A DNA stretch of 64,000 nucleotides from Longimicrobiales bacterium (lineage in GTDB: Bacteria > Gemmatimonadota > Gemmatimonadetes > Longimicrobiales > Gaopeijiaceae). The notes beneath the pieces were generated by a model, which was given only the letters and a program-made list of their open reading frames with translations, was not told the DNA's origin and did no database searches. Shown here in pieces: positions 54,609 to 64,000 of this stretch (the first letter of the stretch is position 1; each line of letters begins with the position of its first letter). Location: contig OZ242008.1 in NCBI GenBank assembly GCA_965204735.1, positions 3,808,001-3,872,000 of the forward strand, given 5' to 3'. The translations under genes were made by a program, and so were the position numbers.

Positions 54609-55865
54609 TCACAGGGACGCGAGGAAGCGCAAGAGCGCCGCCCGGGCTTCGGGCGGGAGGGCGGAGAAGGCGTCGCGGGCGGCGGCCGCTTCGCCTCCGT
54701 GGGCTGCGACGGCGGACGCCGGGTCCGAGGCGCGGCCGTCGTGAAGGAAGCGGCGACGGTGGCGCAGTCCCCACAAGGGCGCCGTGCGCAGCTCGGCGGG
54801 GGCGGCGTCGCGACCGCAGACGTCGGCCAGCGCCGGGCCCAGGTCGTGGAGGAGGAAGTCCGAGTAGGGGCGGATCGTCTGATTGGCGAGGGGATCGGGG
54901 TGGCGCGCAGGGTCGGCCGGGGGCGGACCGGTTCTCATCTGCTCCCGATGGCAGGACTCGCAGCCGATCTGTCGAAAGAGCGCGCCGCCTTGGGCAAGGT
55001 CGGCTTCGGCGCCGGCGGGCGCGTCGGGGGCAAGGCCGGCCTCCACGTCCGCCCCGGCCGGGGCCGGGGGCGCCAGAAAGCGCACGTAGTCGGCAAGGAG
55101 CTCGAGCGTCTGCTGGTCGATCTCCGGGTCCGGCATCGGGTCCGCCTCCGGGGGAACGGGAACGCCGTTGCGCGGCTCCTCGGCGGGGTGCGCCGGGGTG
55201 GTGAAGCCGAGCTCGAAGCGGAGGGCCGTGTCGACGAAATCCTCCACGGTGGCGGCTTCGCCCTTGCGCCCGAACCGGGCCGCCCGACCGTCGGGGAGCC
55301 TGGGCAGGCGGCCCGAGATGCCGTCTCCGTCGGCGTCGCCGGGGTCTTCCCGCTCGGCCAGCACGTCCTCCGGCACGGCCTCGACCAACCCCAGCCCCAG
55401 AAGGGGGGGCGCAATCACGCGGGCTGTGGCGGTCGCGGCCTCGGGCACCCTCTCGGGACCGACGCCGTGGGCGGCCAGCAGCTCGGTGGCGCGTCGCTGG
55501 ATGTTGTCGCCGCCCTCCGATTCCAGGAGGTCGCAGCGGCCGTCGGCAAAGCGGGTGGCCTTCACGACGGGCACCCGGGCGCTGCCGCCTCCGGTGGCGG
55601 GCTCGTCGTGGCACCCGCTGCACCGCTCGGCGTTGTAGAGCGGGCCGAGCCCTTCGTCGGCAGTGGCGAGGCGCTCGAAGAGGGCGCGGCCCAGGAAGAA
55701 GCGGCCTCGGGCGGCAGGCTCCAGGCCCGGGAGGGGCTCGCCGGGCGCGACGGCGGGAAGGTCGGCGGGCCGAGAGCCGTCGCACGCGGCCGCGACGCCC
55801 CATGCCAGGGCGCACGCGGCCACGGCGCGCGCGGTGGACCCGGACGGACGACGGGGTGCGGTCAC
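54609..55865 (-). CDS. Di-heme oxidoreductase (DHOR family) lipoprotein, copy 2
   Basis: Lipobox VAAAC; GLGPLYNAERCSGCH, DPGDADGDGISGR, GCESCH, YSDFLLHDLG, RTAPLWGL, FLHDGRA, HGGEA; GTGA overlap with the PPIase. Confidence 0.9.
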   Translation of the reverse strand: MTAPRRPSGSTARAVAACALAWGVAAACDGSRPADLPAVAPGEPLPGLEPAARGRFFLGRALFERLATADEGLGPLYNAERCSGCHDEPATGGGSARVPVVKATRFADGRCDLLESEGGDNIQRRATELLAAHGVGPERVPEAATATARVIAPPLLGLGLVEAVPEDVLAEREDPGDADGDGISGRLPRLPDGRAARFGRKGEAATVEDFVDTALRFELGFTTPAHPAEEPRNGVPVPPEADPMPDPEIDQQTLELLADYVRFLAPPAPAGADVEAGLAPDAPAGAEADLAQGGALFRQIGCESCHREQMRTGPPPADPARHPDPLANQTIRPYSDFLLHDLGPALADVCGRDAAPAELRTAPLWGLRHRRRFLHDGRASDPASAVAAHGGEAAAARDAFSALPPEARAALLRFLASL

Positions 55866-57313
55866 GAACCCGGAGCGGCGCCTGCCCCTGCTCCCTCCAG
55901 CATCGCCCGCGCCTTGACGATCGCTCCCAGGACGCCGTTTGCCCGCGCCTCGGCTCCGACACGGGCGAGCAGCCACGCTTCGAAGAGCGGCGACAGGGAG
56001 CGGGCTTGACCCTGCCTCGACACGACCGTCTCCATGTGGCGCGCCAGCGCCGAGCGGGACGGGGCGTCGGAGGCGTCCAGCCCCAGAGCCTGGGTCCAGT
56101 ACTCGATCTCGTCGGCGTGGGCTTCGGCGAAGGCGTCGAGGGTCGCCTCGTCCAGCGAGAACTCGCGCCGCCGCAAGTCGCCCAAGCGAAGCTCCCGCGT
56201 CGCCAGCTCCCGCAGCAAGTCGGCCTTCGGCTCCTCGTCCGCCGCCGCCAGCTCGAGCCGGGCCTGGGCGGGAAAGAAGACCACGTGGCGGGCGACGTCC
56301 GCGGCGGTCAGGGTCCCTCCCTCCCAAGCGGCCATGGGGGTCGCCGACTCCAGCCACTCCGCCGGCGCCGCCGCCACGACCCCGACCAGGTGGACCGCGG
56401 CGGGGGACAGCTCCATGCCGGACTCCGCGCGCGCCTCCTCTCCGGCCGCCGCCTCGGCCGCCGCCAGGCGCCGCTCCCGGAGCCGGGCCGCGAAGACCAA
56501 GCCGACCTCTTCGAAGCGCGGCCGGTAGACGACGTGGAAGCCTTGGCGGGTCTGGACGACTCCCGACACCTGGCCCGGCTCGAGTCGAAACGCCGCCCGG
56601 TCCAGGTTGGAGGGAAGCTCGCCTCGGGCGAAGAGGCCCATGAGTCCCGCCGCTTGGCGGGAAGCGGCGTCCTCGCTCTCGGCCACCACGTCGTTCCACG
56701 ACGCGCCCGCCACGATCGACTCCAGGATGCGCTCCGCCGTGCGCTGCTGAAGCACCCGCTCGGCCGAAGAAGTCTCTGGGCCGACCCGTCGCAGGACGTG
56801 GGCGATCAAGCGCAGGGAGCCGTCTTGGAACGTTGCGTCGACGGCTTCGGCAGAGGGCGAGACGGCGGCGCCCAGGCGCGCTTCCCGGTCGGCGGCCAGA
56901 AGGGCTTCCCGCCGATCCAGCCAGGCGGCGGCCTCCAGCGCTTCCGAGCCGAGAAGAGAGTCGCCGGCGGCGGAGCGCAGGGCCAGCGCCGCGGCCCCCT
57001 GCCAGTGGCGGACCAGCTCGGCGACCGGCAGGGAGTCCAGCGGGAAGGGCTGGGCCAGCACGAGGAGCTCGGCCAGCCGGTCCTCGGAAAGGCTCCACTC
57101 GCCCGCGCGCGCTGCAAGGCCCCGGCGGGCCAAGTCGTCGCACGCGACAGCGGCCAGCGCCGCGGTCGCCGCCAGCAGCGAGACCAGCCGGCGCGCCGAA
57201 GGGTCGGCCGGCCCTCTGCTCGCGCGCGACGGCCGGCGGGCCCCGGCCGCGACGGGCCGAGCGGAAGCGAGCTGCCGGCCGACGACGCGACCGAAAGCAG
57301 AGCTTCTTGTCAG
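55862..57313 (-). CDS. PpiC/SurA-like peptidyl-prolyl isomerase lipoprotein; probable CTG start
   Basis: AHVL...SED..S...G.MG.F.RGEL...DRAAFRLEPGQVSGVVQTRQGFHVV rotamase; lipobox LAAVAC lies upstream of the first canonical start (TTG 57133). Confidence 0.8.
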   Translation of the reverse strand: MTRSSAFGRVVGRQLASARPVAAGARRPSRASRGPADPSARRLVSLLAATAALAAVACDDLARRGLAARAGEWSLSEDRLAELLVLAQPFPLDSLPVAELVRHWQGAAALALRSAAGDSLLGSEALEAAAWLDRREALLAADREARLGAAVSPSAEAVDATFQDGSLRLIAHVLRRVGPETSSAERVLQQRTAERILESIVAGASWNDVVAESEDAASRQAAGLMGLFARGELPSNLDRAAFRLEPGQVSGVVQTRQGFHVVYRPRFEEVGLVFAARLRERRLAAAEAAAGEEARAESGMELSPAAVHLVGVVAAAPAEWLESATPMAAWEGGTLTAADVARHVVFFPAQARLELAAADEEPKADLLRELATRELRLGDLRRREFSLDEATLDAFAEAHADEIEYWTQALGLDASDAPSRSALARHMETVVSRQGQARSLSPLFEAWLLARVGAEARANGVLGAIVKARAMLEGAGAGAAPGS

Positions 57314-57780
57314 CGAACCACCACCGTGATGGTGTCGGCCACGGGCGGGTCGAGGGGAACGTGCACCCCGTCGGCGACGACGGCGACGATCCGGTGCTCG
57401 CCCGGCGTCAAGTCCTCCAGCGTAAACTCCGTCTGCGCCTGTCCCATGTGGTAGTGGACGCCCGGGTCGTTGGGGATCGGCAGCGTCCAGTCCACTTCGC
57501 CGTCCACGATCAGGTGGTGGTGTCCGGTGCCCGGGTCCATGACGCCGGCGGCGACGACGGTCAGGCCCGTCACCTCCATGACGACGAGGAGCGGTCCCTG
57601 GTCCACGACGGCGCCGTCTTCCGGGGCGACGATCGACACGGTGGCGGGTTCGGCGGCCGCGTCCTCCTGTTCGACGGCCTGGTCCGGCGGCTCCTCCGAG
57701 GAAGGCCTATCGCCCGTCTCTCCTCTGCACGCCGCGAACGACAGCGCGAGGGTCCCGATTCCCACGATGCGAAGAAACAT
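57310..57780 (-). CDS. DUF4399-like His-motif lipoprotein
   Basis: Lipobox SFAAC; TGHHHLIVD, HYHMGQAQTE, LTPGEHRI...ADGVH. Confidence 0.8.
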   Translation of the reverse strand: MFLRIVGIGTLALSFAACRGETGDRPSSEEPPDQAVEQEDAAAEPATVSIVAPEDGAVVDQGPLLVVMEVTGLTVVAAGVMDPGTGHHHLIVDGEVDWTLPIPNDPGVHYHMGQAQTEFTLEDLTPGEHRIVAVVADGVHVPLDPPVADTITVVVR

Positions 57781-58020
57781 CTCCCGTTTGCTCCTTTCTT
57801 CGGACGCCCATGTCCGCTTCAGGTGCCGGGCGCGCTGCCGCCGCATCCGGCGGTTCCGGCCCCTGTCGCTTGCCAAGGTCGCTCCGCGGGAGTCGGCGCG
57901 CCAGTGCTGCGCCGCTGTCGCGGCCAAGGCGTTCGGGCATAACTTGCCGCGCGCTCCTCGCTCCCGGCCGTGGACTCCGGCCCTGGGAAGACATCCAACT
58001 CCGGCCCCGCGAAGACTTCC

Positions 58021-58899
58021 ATGCTCGAAGTCAAGAACCTGGTGAAGGTGTATCCCGGCCCCGTGGCCGCTCTGCAGGGCGTGTCGATCACCGTCTCGAA
58101 GGGCATGTTCGGGCTGCTGGGTCCCAACGGCGCCGGCAAGACGACCCTGATGCGCATCGTCGCCGGGCTGCTGGAGCCGACTTCCGGCACAGTGCGCTTC
58201 GAGGGCGAGGACGTGGTGGAGGAGCCCCGTCGCATTCGGCGCAAGCTGGGCTACCTGCCGCAGGACTTCGGCTTCTACCCGCACATGAGCGGCAAGGCCA
58301 TGCTTCGGTTCCTGCTGCAGCTGAAGGGCGTGCAGGCGCCGCAGGGAGTGGACGTCCTCGCCGACGAGCTGCTGGAGCGGGTCAACCTCGCCTACGCCGC
58401 GAAGCGCAAGGTCAAGAGCTACTCGGGAGGCATGAGGCAGCGGCTGGGAATCGCTCAAGCGCTTGCGGGCAACCCCCGAATCGTCATCGTCGACGAGCCG
58501 ACGGCGGGACTCGACCCCGAAGAGCGCTTGCGCTTCTACCGGCTGCTGGCCGAGATCGCCGAAGACCGGACGGTGCTCCTCTCCACTCACATCGTCGAGG
58601 ACATCTCGGTGCTTTGCTCCCGGGTCGCGATCATGCACGACGGACGCTTCGTCGCCGACACGACCCCTGCCGAGGCGCGCAGCCGACTGGCGGGAACGAT
58701 CTTCGAAGGCGCGGTCGACGCCGGCGGGCTGGCAGAGACGATCCACCGCTACCGGGTGACCCAGGCCGTGCTGGTGGAAGGGCGCAACCGAGTGCGGGTG
58801 CACGTGCCGGAAGGAGCGCCCCCGGAAGGCTTCGCCCTCGTCGAGCCGACGCTCGAGGACGCCTACCTCTTGCTGGCGCGGGCCGCCGACGCCGAGTGA
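58021..58899 (+). CDS. ABC transporter ATP-binding protein
   Basis: GPNGAGKTT, GYLPQDFG, YSGGMRQR, VDEPTAGLDPEER, LSTHIVED. Confidence 0.95.
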   Translation: MLEVKNLVKVYPGPVAALQGVSITVSKGMFGLLGPNGAGKTTLMRIVAGLLEPTSGTVRFEGEDVVEEPRRIRRKLGYLPQDFGFYPHMSGKAMLRFLLQLKGVQAPQGVDVLADELLERVNLAYAAKRKVKSYSGGMRQRLGIAQALAGNPRIVIVDEPTAGLDPEERLRFYRLLAEIAEDRTVLLSTHIVEDISVLCSRVAIMHDGRFVADTTPAEARSRLAGTIFEGAVDAGGLAETIHRYRVTQAVLVEGRNRVRVHVPEGAPPEGFALVEPTLEDAYLLLARAADAE

Positions 58900-61800
58900 C
58901 GGCCCTGACGCGGTGGCGGCACGTCGCTCGACAGGAGTTCCTGTCGGGTCTTCGCAAGCCCGCCTACTGGATACTCTTCGGCGTCCTGATCCTCCTGGCG
59001 TGGGGGTTCGCGCAGGGCAGCGTGACGATCTCGTCGGGCGAGTCGATCGCCGGAGGGACTCGTCCCCACGTCACCTCCATGTTCAACCAAAGCCTGATCC
59101 AGACGGTCGCTGTCATGGGGATCGGGGCGTGGTTCCTGACGATCGCCGCCGGCATGATCCTGCCTCGCGAAGCCGAGCTTCAGGTGGAGGAGGTGCTCCA
59201 CTCGACGCCAATGACCCCGGGCGAGTACGTGTGGGGCAAGTTCGCCGGGGCACTGGGGGTCTTCCTCGTCGGCTGGGTCCTCTTCCTGGGCGCCTTGGTG
59301 TGCTTCAACCACGTTGTCGCGTCGGGCGGCGACGCCGACCACTTGGGACCGTTCGCGCTGGGCAACTACCTGGTTCCCACGCTGGTGTTCGGCGGGCCGC
59401 AGATCCTCTTCTTCGCCGGCGCGTCGTTCTTTCTGGGGACGTGGACCCGGCGTCCGATCGTGGTCTTCGCGTTTCCCGTGGTGGTCCTTCTGCTCACCAT
59501 GACGCTGCTCACGCTGTGGTCCCCCAGCTGGCTCGATCCGGCGGTCAACCGGGCGTTGATGCTGGTCGACCCGTCGGGCTACCGGTGGCTCAACGAGACC
59601 TTCCTCAAGGTCGACCGGGGCGTCGAGTTCTACAACACCACGTCGCTTCCTCCCGACGTCGGGTTTCTGATCAGTCGGGCGGCGTTCGCGTTCGCCGGGC
59701 TCGCTGCCGTGGCCGCCGCCAGGAGAAGCGTCGCGCAAAGGCTGCGCGCGGGGCTCTCCGCGCCGGCTTGGCGGTGGGGCCGACGACGGTCCCGCAAGGA
59801 GAACCGCCTGCCGGCGGGCGGCGAACCGGCCCAGGCCGCGACTTCGGCGGCGGCAGGCCCGGGACTGGCGGAGCTTGCCATGACGACGAAGCCCCCGGGG
59901 TTCTGGCGGAGCGTCCGCGTCGTCGGCAGCTCGGAGGTGCGCGACCTGCTGGTTCGTCCGGGCATGTACCTCTTCGTGCCCTTGATCCTCTACCAGTCCG
60001 TCTTCAGCCTCGCCGTCTCGGTCGGCCCCTTCGACTCGCGGACGCTTCTCACGCCCGGCGCCGCCGCCGCGCGGCAAGTCAACACGCTTGCCCTGCTGGT
60101 GTGCCTGCTCCTCCTCTTCTACACCGTCGAGTCCCTTCACAAGGAACGCGGCAGGCGCTTGGCGGAGATCTTCAACGCGACGCCTATCGGCACCGGCGCA
60201 ATGCTCCTCGGCAAGACGCTGGGCAACAGCGTGGTGGCCGCGCTGATCTTGGTCGCGGCGCTCGGCGCCACCGCCGGACTGCTGGGGTATCAGCAGGTCT
60301 TCGAGGACAGCCCCGTCGGCTTCCGCCTCTTCCCCTTCGTGGCGGCGTGGGGCGCCGCGCTCGTTCCCACCTTCGTCTTCTGGACGGCGTTCGTCACTGC
60401 CGTCTTTTGCGTCTCCAGGAGCCGCCACGCCACCTACGGCGTGGGCTTGGGGGTGATCGTGTACACCGTCTACCGCGCCGCGTTCGTCGAGAGCCCGTCC
60501 TGGACGGTCAACTGGATCGCCTGGAACGCGCTCCAGTGGAGCGACATGGGCGCGTTTTCGCTGCACGGCCGAGCCCTGATGCTGAACCGCCTCCTTTACC
60601 TGAGCCTGGCGCCGCCGCTGGTGGCGATCGCGGTCGCGGCCTTCGGGCGGCGCGACTTCGACGCGGCCCACTTCCTTCACCGCCTGCGACCGAAGCCGCT
60701 GTTCATGGGCTTCCTTCGCTTGTCGCTGTTTCTTCTGCTGCCCGTCGTGCTCGGAACCACGCTTCACTTCGACGGCCGGTCGGGCTACGAGGGGCCGGCC
60801 GCCGAGGACGCGGCAGAGGAGTACTGGAGGAGGAACACGACGACGTGGACGGGCTTCGAGATGCCGTCCGTGTCCCACGTGGAGATGGACCTGACCTTCG
60901 AGCCCCGGGAGCGCTCCGTCGAGGTCTCGGGCGCCTACACGTTCTACAACCATCGGGACTACGCCTACGAACGAATTCCTCTGACCGCCGGCCGGTGGGA
61001 CCCCATCGAATGGACCCTCGACGGGGGCAAGCACGAGCCCGACGACCGGGCGGGGCTCTTCGTCTTCGAGCCGGCGTCCCCCCTCCGGCCCGGCGACTCC
61101 CTGACGATCGGCTTCGCCTACGAGCTGGAGCACCCCAGAGGCACGAGCAGGACCGCCGGCCCAGAGGGAGAGTTCATCCTTTCGTCGGGGATCGTGCTGG
61201 GCGCCTTCACGCCCACGTTCGCGCCCGTGCCGGGCTATGCGGAGGGCTGGGGCCAGCCCGAGACCCCCGACTCGAAGGAGTACGCCGACGACTTCTACGA
61301 AGGCGAGACCGAGCCCCTCTTCGGTTGGGGCGGCAAGCCGTTCACCACGCGCGTGCGGATCACGACGCCGGAGGAGTACGTGGCCAACAGCGTGGGGCGG
61401 TTGACCAGCGAAGAGACGACGGACGGACGGCGCATCGTCGTCTGGGAGAGCGACCATCCCGTCGGACTCTTCAACGTCGTGGCCGGGAAGTACGCGGTGC
61501 GGGAAGGCGAGGGCACGGCCATCTACTACCACCCCGAACACGACTACAACATCGACGAGATGTCCGCCGCCCTGGACGCGGCGCGCAAGTACTACTCCGA
61601 GTGGTTCCATCCCTTCCCGTGGGAGCTGCTCAAGCTCTCCGAGTTCCCGGGCTTCGCCACGTACGCGCAAGGCTTTCCCACCAACATCACCTTCAGCGAG
61701 AGCATCGGCTTCCTGGCCAAGAGCGACCCTCGCTCCCACGTCGCGTTCATGGTCGTCGCCCACGAAGCGGCGCATCAGTGGTGGGGCAACTTGCTGACGC

Positions 61801-62534
61801 CCGGCAGGGGTCCCGGCGGCAACGTCTTGTCCGAAGGCATGGCCCACTACGCCACCATGCTCCTGCACGAGCAGGTCCACGGCGACCGCTACCGAATCGA
61901 GTTCGCCAAGCGGATCGAGGAACGCTACGGCGACGGTCGGTACGTGGACTCGGAGCGTCCCCTGGCAACGACCGACGGCAGCCGCGACGGCGACGGGACG
62001 GTCACCTACGACAAGGGCGGCTGGGCGATGTGGATGCTCCAGCAGGAGATGGGCCGCGACAACATGCTGGCCGGCCTGCGGGCGTTCATTGCAAAGTACA
62101 ACCCGGACCCGGATTTTCCGGTCGTTCAGGACATGCTGGCCGTGCTCCGCCAGTTTGCGCCCGACACGGCAGCCTTCGACGCCTTCGCGGAGCAGTGGTT
62201 CTTCGACGTGGTGGCGCCCGAGTACAGGCTTTCGCAGGCGACGCTGGAGGAGACCGACGGCGAATGGACGGTGCGGGGAACCTTGGAGAACGTCGGCAGC
62301 GGACGGATGGCGGTGGAAGTGGCCGCCGTGGCGGGGGAGCGCTGGTCGGGCGAGGGCGAGGGCGCCGAGGCGCCCGGCTACCGGGATGCGCGCACAGTGG
62401 TGGAGGTGGGAAGCGGCGAGTCGGCTTCGTTCGAGATCGCCGCCCCCTTCGCGCCCGAGCAGGTGGTGGTGGATCCGGACGTGCTCGTGCTTCAGCTCAA
62501 CCGAAGCGCCGCCGTGTTCGCGTTCGAGGGATGA
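58896..62534 (+). CDS. ABC-2 permease (two modules) fused to a C-terminal M1-family zinc aminopeptidase
   Basis: Two permease halves (STP...GKF; ATP...GKT), then EFPGFATYAQGFP, HEAAHQWWG...LSEGMAHY, YDKG. Confidence 0.92.
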   Translation: MTALTRWRHVARQEFLSGLRKPAYWILFGVLILLAWGFAQGSVTISSGESIAGGTRPHVTSMFNQSLIQTVAVMGIGAWFLTIAAGMILPREAELQVEEVLHSTPMTPGEYVWGKFAGALGVFLVGWVLFLGALVCFNHVVASGGDADHLGPFALGNYLVPTLVFGGPQILFFAGASFFLGTWTRRPIVVFAFPVVVLLLTMTLLTLWSPSWLDPAVNRALMLVDPSGYRWLNETFLKVDRGVEFYNTTSLPPDVGFLISRAAFAFAGLAAVAAARRSVAQRLRAGLSAPAWRWGRRRSRKENRLPAGGEPAQAATSAAAGPGLAELAMTTKPPGFWRSVRVVGSSEVRDLLVRPGMYLFVPLILYQSVFSLAVSVGPFDSRTLLTPGAAAARQVNTLALLVCLLLLFYTVESLHKERGRRLAEIFNATPIGTGAMLLGKTLGNSVVAALILVAALGATAGLLGYQQVFEDSPVGFRLFPFVAAWGAALVPTFVFWTAFVTAVFCVSRSRHATYGVGLGVIVYTVYRAAFVESPSWTVNWIAWNALQWSDMGAFSLHGRALMLNRLLYLSLAPPLVAIAVAAFGRRDFDAAHFLHRLRPKPLFMGFLRLSLFLLLPVVLGTTLHFDGRSGYEGPAAEDAAEEYWRRNTTTWTGFEMPSVSHVEMDLTFEPRERSVEVSGAYTFYNHRDYAYERIPLTAGRWDPIEWTLDGGKHEPDDRAGLFVFEPASPLRPGDSLTIGFAYELEHPRGTSRTAGPEGEFILSSGIVLGAFTPTFAPVPGYAEGWGQPETPDSKEYADDFYEGETEPLFGWGGKPFTTRVRITTPEEYVANSVGRLTSEETTDGRRIVVWESDHPVGLFNVVAGKYAVREGEGTAIYYHPEHDYNIDEMSAALDAARKYYSEWFHPFPWELLKLSEFPGFATYAQGFPTNITFSESIGFLAKSDPRSHVAFMVVAHEAAHQWWGNLLTPGRGPGGNVLSEGMAHYATMLLHEQVHGDRYRIEFAKRIEERYGDGRYVDSERPLATTDGSRDGDGTVTYDKGGWAMWMLQQEMGRDNMLAGLRAFIAKYNPDPDFPVVQDMLAVLRQFAPDTAAFDAFAEQWFFDVVAPEYRLSQATLEETDGEWTVRGTLENVGSGRMAVEVAAVAGERWSGEGEGAEAPGYRDARTVVEVGSGESASFEIAAPFAPEQVVVDPDVLVLQLNRSAAVFAFEG

Positions 62535-62556
62535 GGCGCGGCTTGGGACGTCTGCT

Positions 62557-63210
62557 TCAGACGACAAGCATCCCCGTTCCGACGGCCAGCAGAACGGCCC
62601 CGGCGGGCTTGGTCAGGCGGCGCCCGAAGGGAAGAGCCGTCTCCGCCGCCATGAACGCCGCCATGAGCCCCATCCACGCGACGCTGGCCATCCCGACGAC
62701 CAGCGCCAGCGCCATGAGAGCCCAGCAGCAGCCGACGCAGTAGAGGCCGTGGCGGAGGCCCAGCAACGCCCACCCGATCGCGCCTTCTCGCCAATGGGCC
62801 AGCAGGTAGCCGGCCGGCGACCGGCAGTGGGCCAGGCACGACTCCTTCAGCCCCGTGAACTGAAAGGCCCCGGCGGCGATCAGGATCGTCGCTGCCGCCG
62901 CAGGTGCGTGGGTCGTTAGGGGAACGGGCGCTCCCGACTCCGCCAGGACGACGTGCACGGTCGCCGCGGTCGCGCTGAACCCCGCCCAGGCGAGCGCGTA
63001 CCCGGCGCCGAACGGAGCCAGCGGAACCGCCGTCGAACGTCGGGGGGCGGTCCCGGGTGCCGGCCGGCCCGAAGCTGCCGATGCCGGCTTGAATGCCGAC
63101 GGCGGCCCGGCGGCCAGCCGGTGGAGCGCCCGCAGCCAGGGGTAGACGACGGGGGTCATCATGACGCCGGTCATGGCCAGCCACATGGCGAAGGCGACGA
63201 AGAAGTCCAG
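62557..63210 (-). CDS. DUF2182 predicted metal-binding membrane protein
   Basis: MWLAM...MMTP, QFTGLKESCLAHCRSP, GLYCVGCCWALM; CTG at 63210 with GGAGG RBS, or ATG at 63186. Confidence 0.85.
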   Translation of the reverse strand: MDFFVAFAMWLAMTGVMMTPVVYPWLRALHRLAAGPPSAFKPASAASGRPAPGTAPRRSTAVPLAPFGAGYALAWAGFSATAATVHVVLAESGAPVPLTTHAPAAAATILIAAGAFQFTGLKESCLAHCRSPAGYLLAHWREGAIGWALLGLRHGLYCVGCCWALMALALVVGMASVAWMGLMAAFMAAETALPFGRRLTKPAGAVLLAVGTGMLVV

Positions 63211-63250
63211 TCGGGCCGCCTCCGGGGCTGTGCGTGGTCTCGGCTCTCGG

Positions 63251-63871
63251 TCAGTTCCCCGACGCCCAGCGGAAGCGGGACCACAGCCCGTGGGTCCCCT
63301 CTGTCCGGATCGCGATCTCTCCGTCGTCGTACTCGGTGGAGCCCATCGCGACGACCTGCTCCGAGTCGTGGATCTGGTTGTAGATGTTGCGGAAGGTCAC
63401 GGGCCGGCGCCGGTCCCGGCCCCGGATCGCGTCCACCGTCCCCTTGAGGACCCCTGCCACCGAGATCGCCTTGCGGTTGGGCTCGTCTTCGATTCGCATC
63501 GGCGCGACCCGGGTCGCCAGCCACTCGGAGACGAAGCGGGCGAGCACTTCCCACGGCCCGCCGCGCTTCCCCTTCAGGATCTCCTCCACTGCCCGCCGCT
63601 GCGCCTCGGAAGCGCGGTCCGACAGAACGATCCGCCCCTTCCAGCCTCCCTCGATCATGACGGGCGGGCACTCGAAGGCCATGACGGCCTCGACGCCCGA
63701 CAGGTCGATTCCGTCGCACTCGCCCTTGTGGAAGCGCATCGCCCAGAACCCGTGGCACACGTCGTGGGTGCACTTCTGGCTGAAGTGGATGTGCCCTGGA
63801 CAGACCGCAGTGCAGTTGCAGTTCTCGAAGGCGAGCCCCTCGGCCCACCACTCGCCTGCCGGCTCGCTCAC
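63251..63871 (-). CDS. DUF1326 protein
   Basis: ENCNCTAVCPG...CHG, G..DGIDLSG, A...QR.A...I..G..GGP; usual partner of DUF2182. Confidence 0.85.
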   Translation of the reverse strand: MSEPAGEWWAEGLAFENCNCTAVCPGHIHFSQKCTHDVCHGFWAMRFHKGECDGIDLSGVEAVMAFECPPVMIEGGWKGRIVLSDRASEAQRRAVEEILKGKRGGPWEVLARFVSEWLATRVAPMRIEDEPNRKAISVAGVLKGTVDAIRGRDRRRPVTFRNIYNQIHDSEQVVAMGSTEYDDGEIAIRTEGTHGLWSRFRWASGN

Positions 63872-64000
63872 GACTGCTCCCTCCCTATCTCTTCCGCCGC
63901 CATCAGCGCCAGCGCGCAGAAGGTGAGCGTCCCGTTGGCGCATCCGCTGGAGACGATCGTGGGCGCGCCGACGACGAAGAGGTTCTCGTGGTCGTGGGTG
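63868..64000 (-). CDS. GMC oxidoreductase C-terminus (partial, runs off window end)
   Basis: THDHENLFVVGAPTIVSSGCANGTLTFCALALMAAEEI* matches the GMC C-terminal motif. Confidence 0.8.
   Translation of the reverse strand, partial: THDHENLFVVGAPTIVSSGCANGTLTFCALALMAAEEIGREQS

Noticed and set aside
1..64000. tRNA, rRNA, prophage, integron or retron
   Set aside because: No cloverleaf or rRNA-like segments, phage genes, site-specific integrase or reverse transcriptase recognised by eye

Overview
A high-GC bacterial chromosome segment. The gene content (SusC/SusD-like and carboxypeptidase-regulatory-domain TonB receptors, many lipoproteins, choice-of-anchor-B protein) suggests Gemmatimonadota; this is inference only. 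In order: the end of a choice-of-anchor-B gene; a Fur-box-preceded feoA-feoB-btuF/C/D-like operon; a cold-shock gene; a lipoprotein behind a DtxR/MntR-type palindrome; DUF523/DUF1722 and SEC59-family genes; a TonB receptor / beta-helix lipoprotein / PhoB-like cluster with Pho-box-like repeats; an NYN protein and an amidase; a complete 1,860-bp IS1202-like (ISNCY) element with a 17-bp target duplication; a thioredoxin-like gene and an M24 peptidase; a his operon with two unusual fusions (HisA-HisI-HisE and HisC-HAD); a sodium:solute symporter cluster; a split 5'-nucleotidase whose C-domain is fused to an amidohydrolase; a flippase plus two GT4 glycosyltransferases; a large envelope cluster (two di-heme DHOR lipoproteins, SusC/SusD, GldA/F/G-like ABC + DUF4340, PPIase, DUF4399); an ABC ATPase with a permease-M1 peptidase fusion; DUF2182/DUF1326; and the end of a GMC oxidoreductase. 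The best novel candidate is the ~380-nt apparently non-coding, densely base-paired region inside the IS 3' end, which contains a 9-nt match to the element's own target site. Family assignments come from recognised motifs, not database searches. No rRNA, tRNA or CRISPR array was seen.
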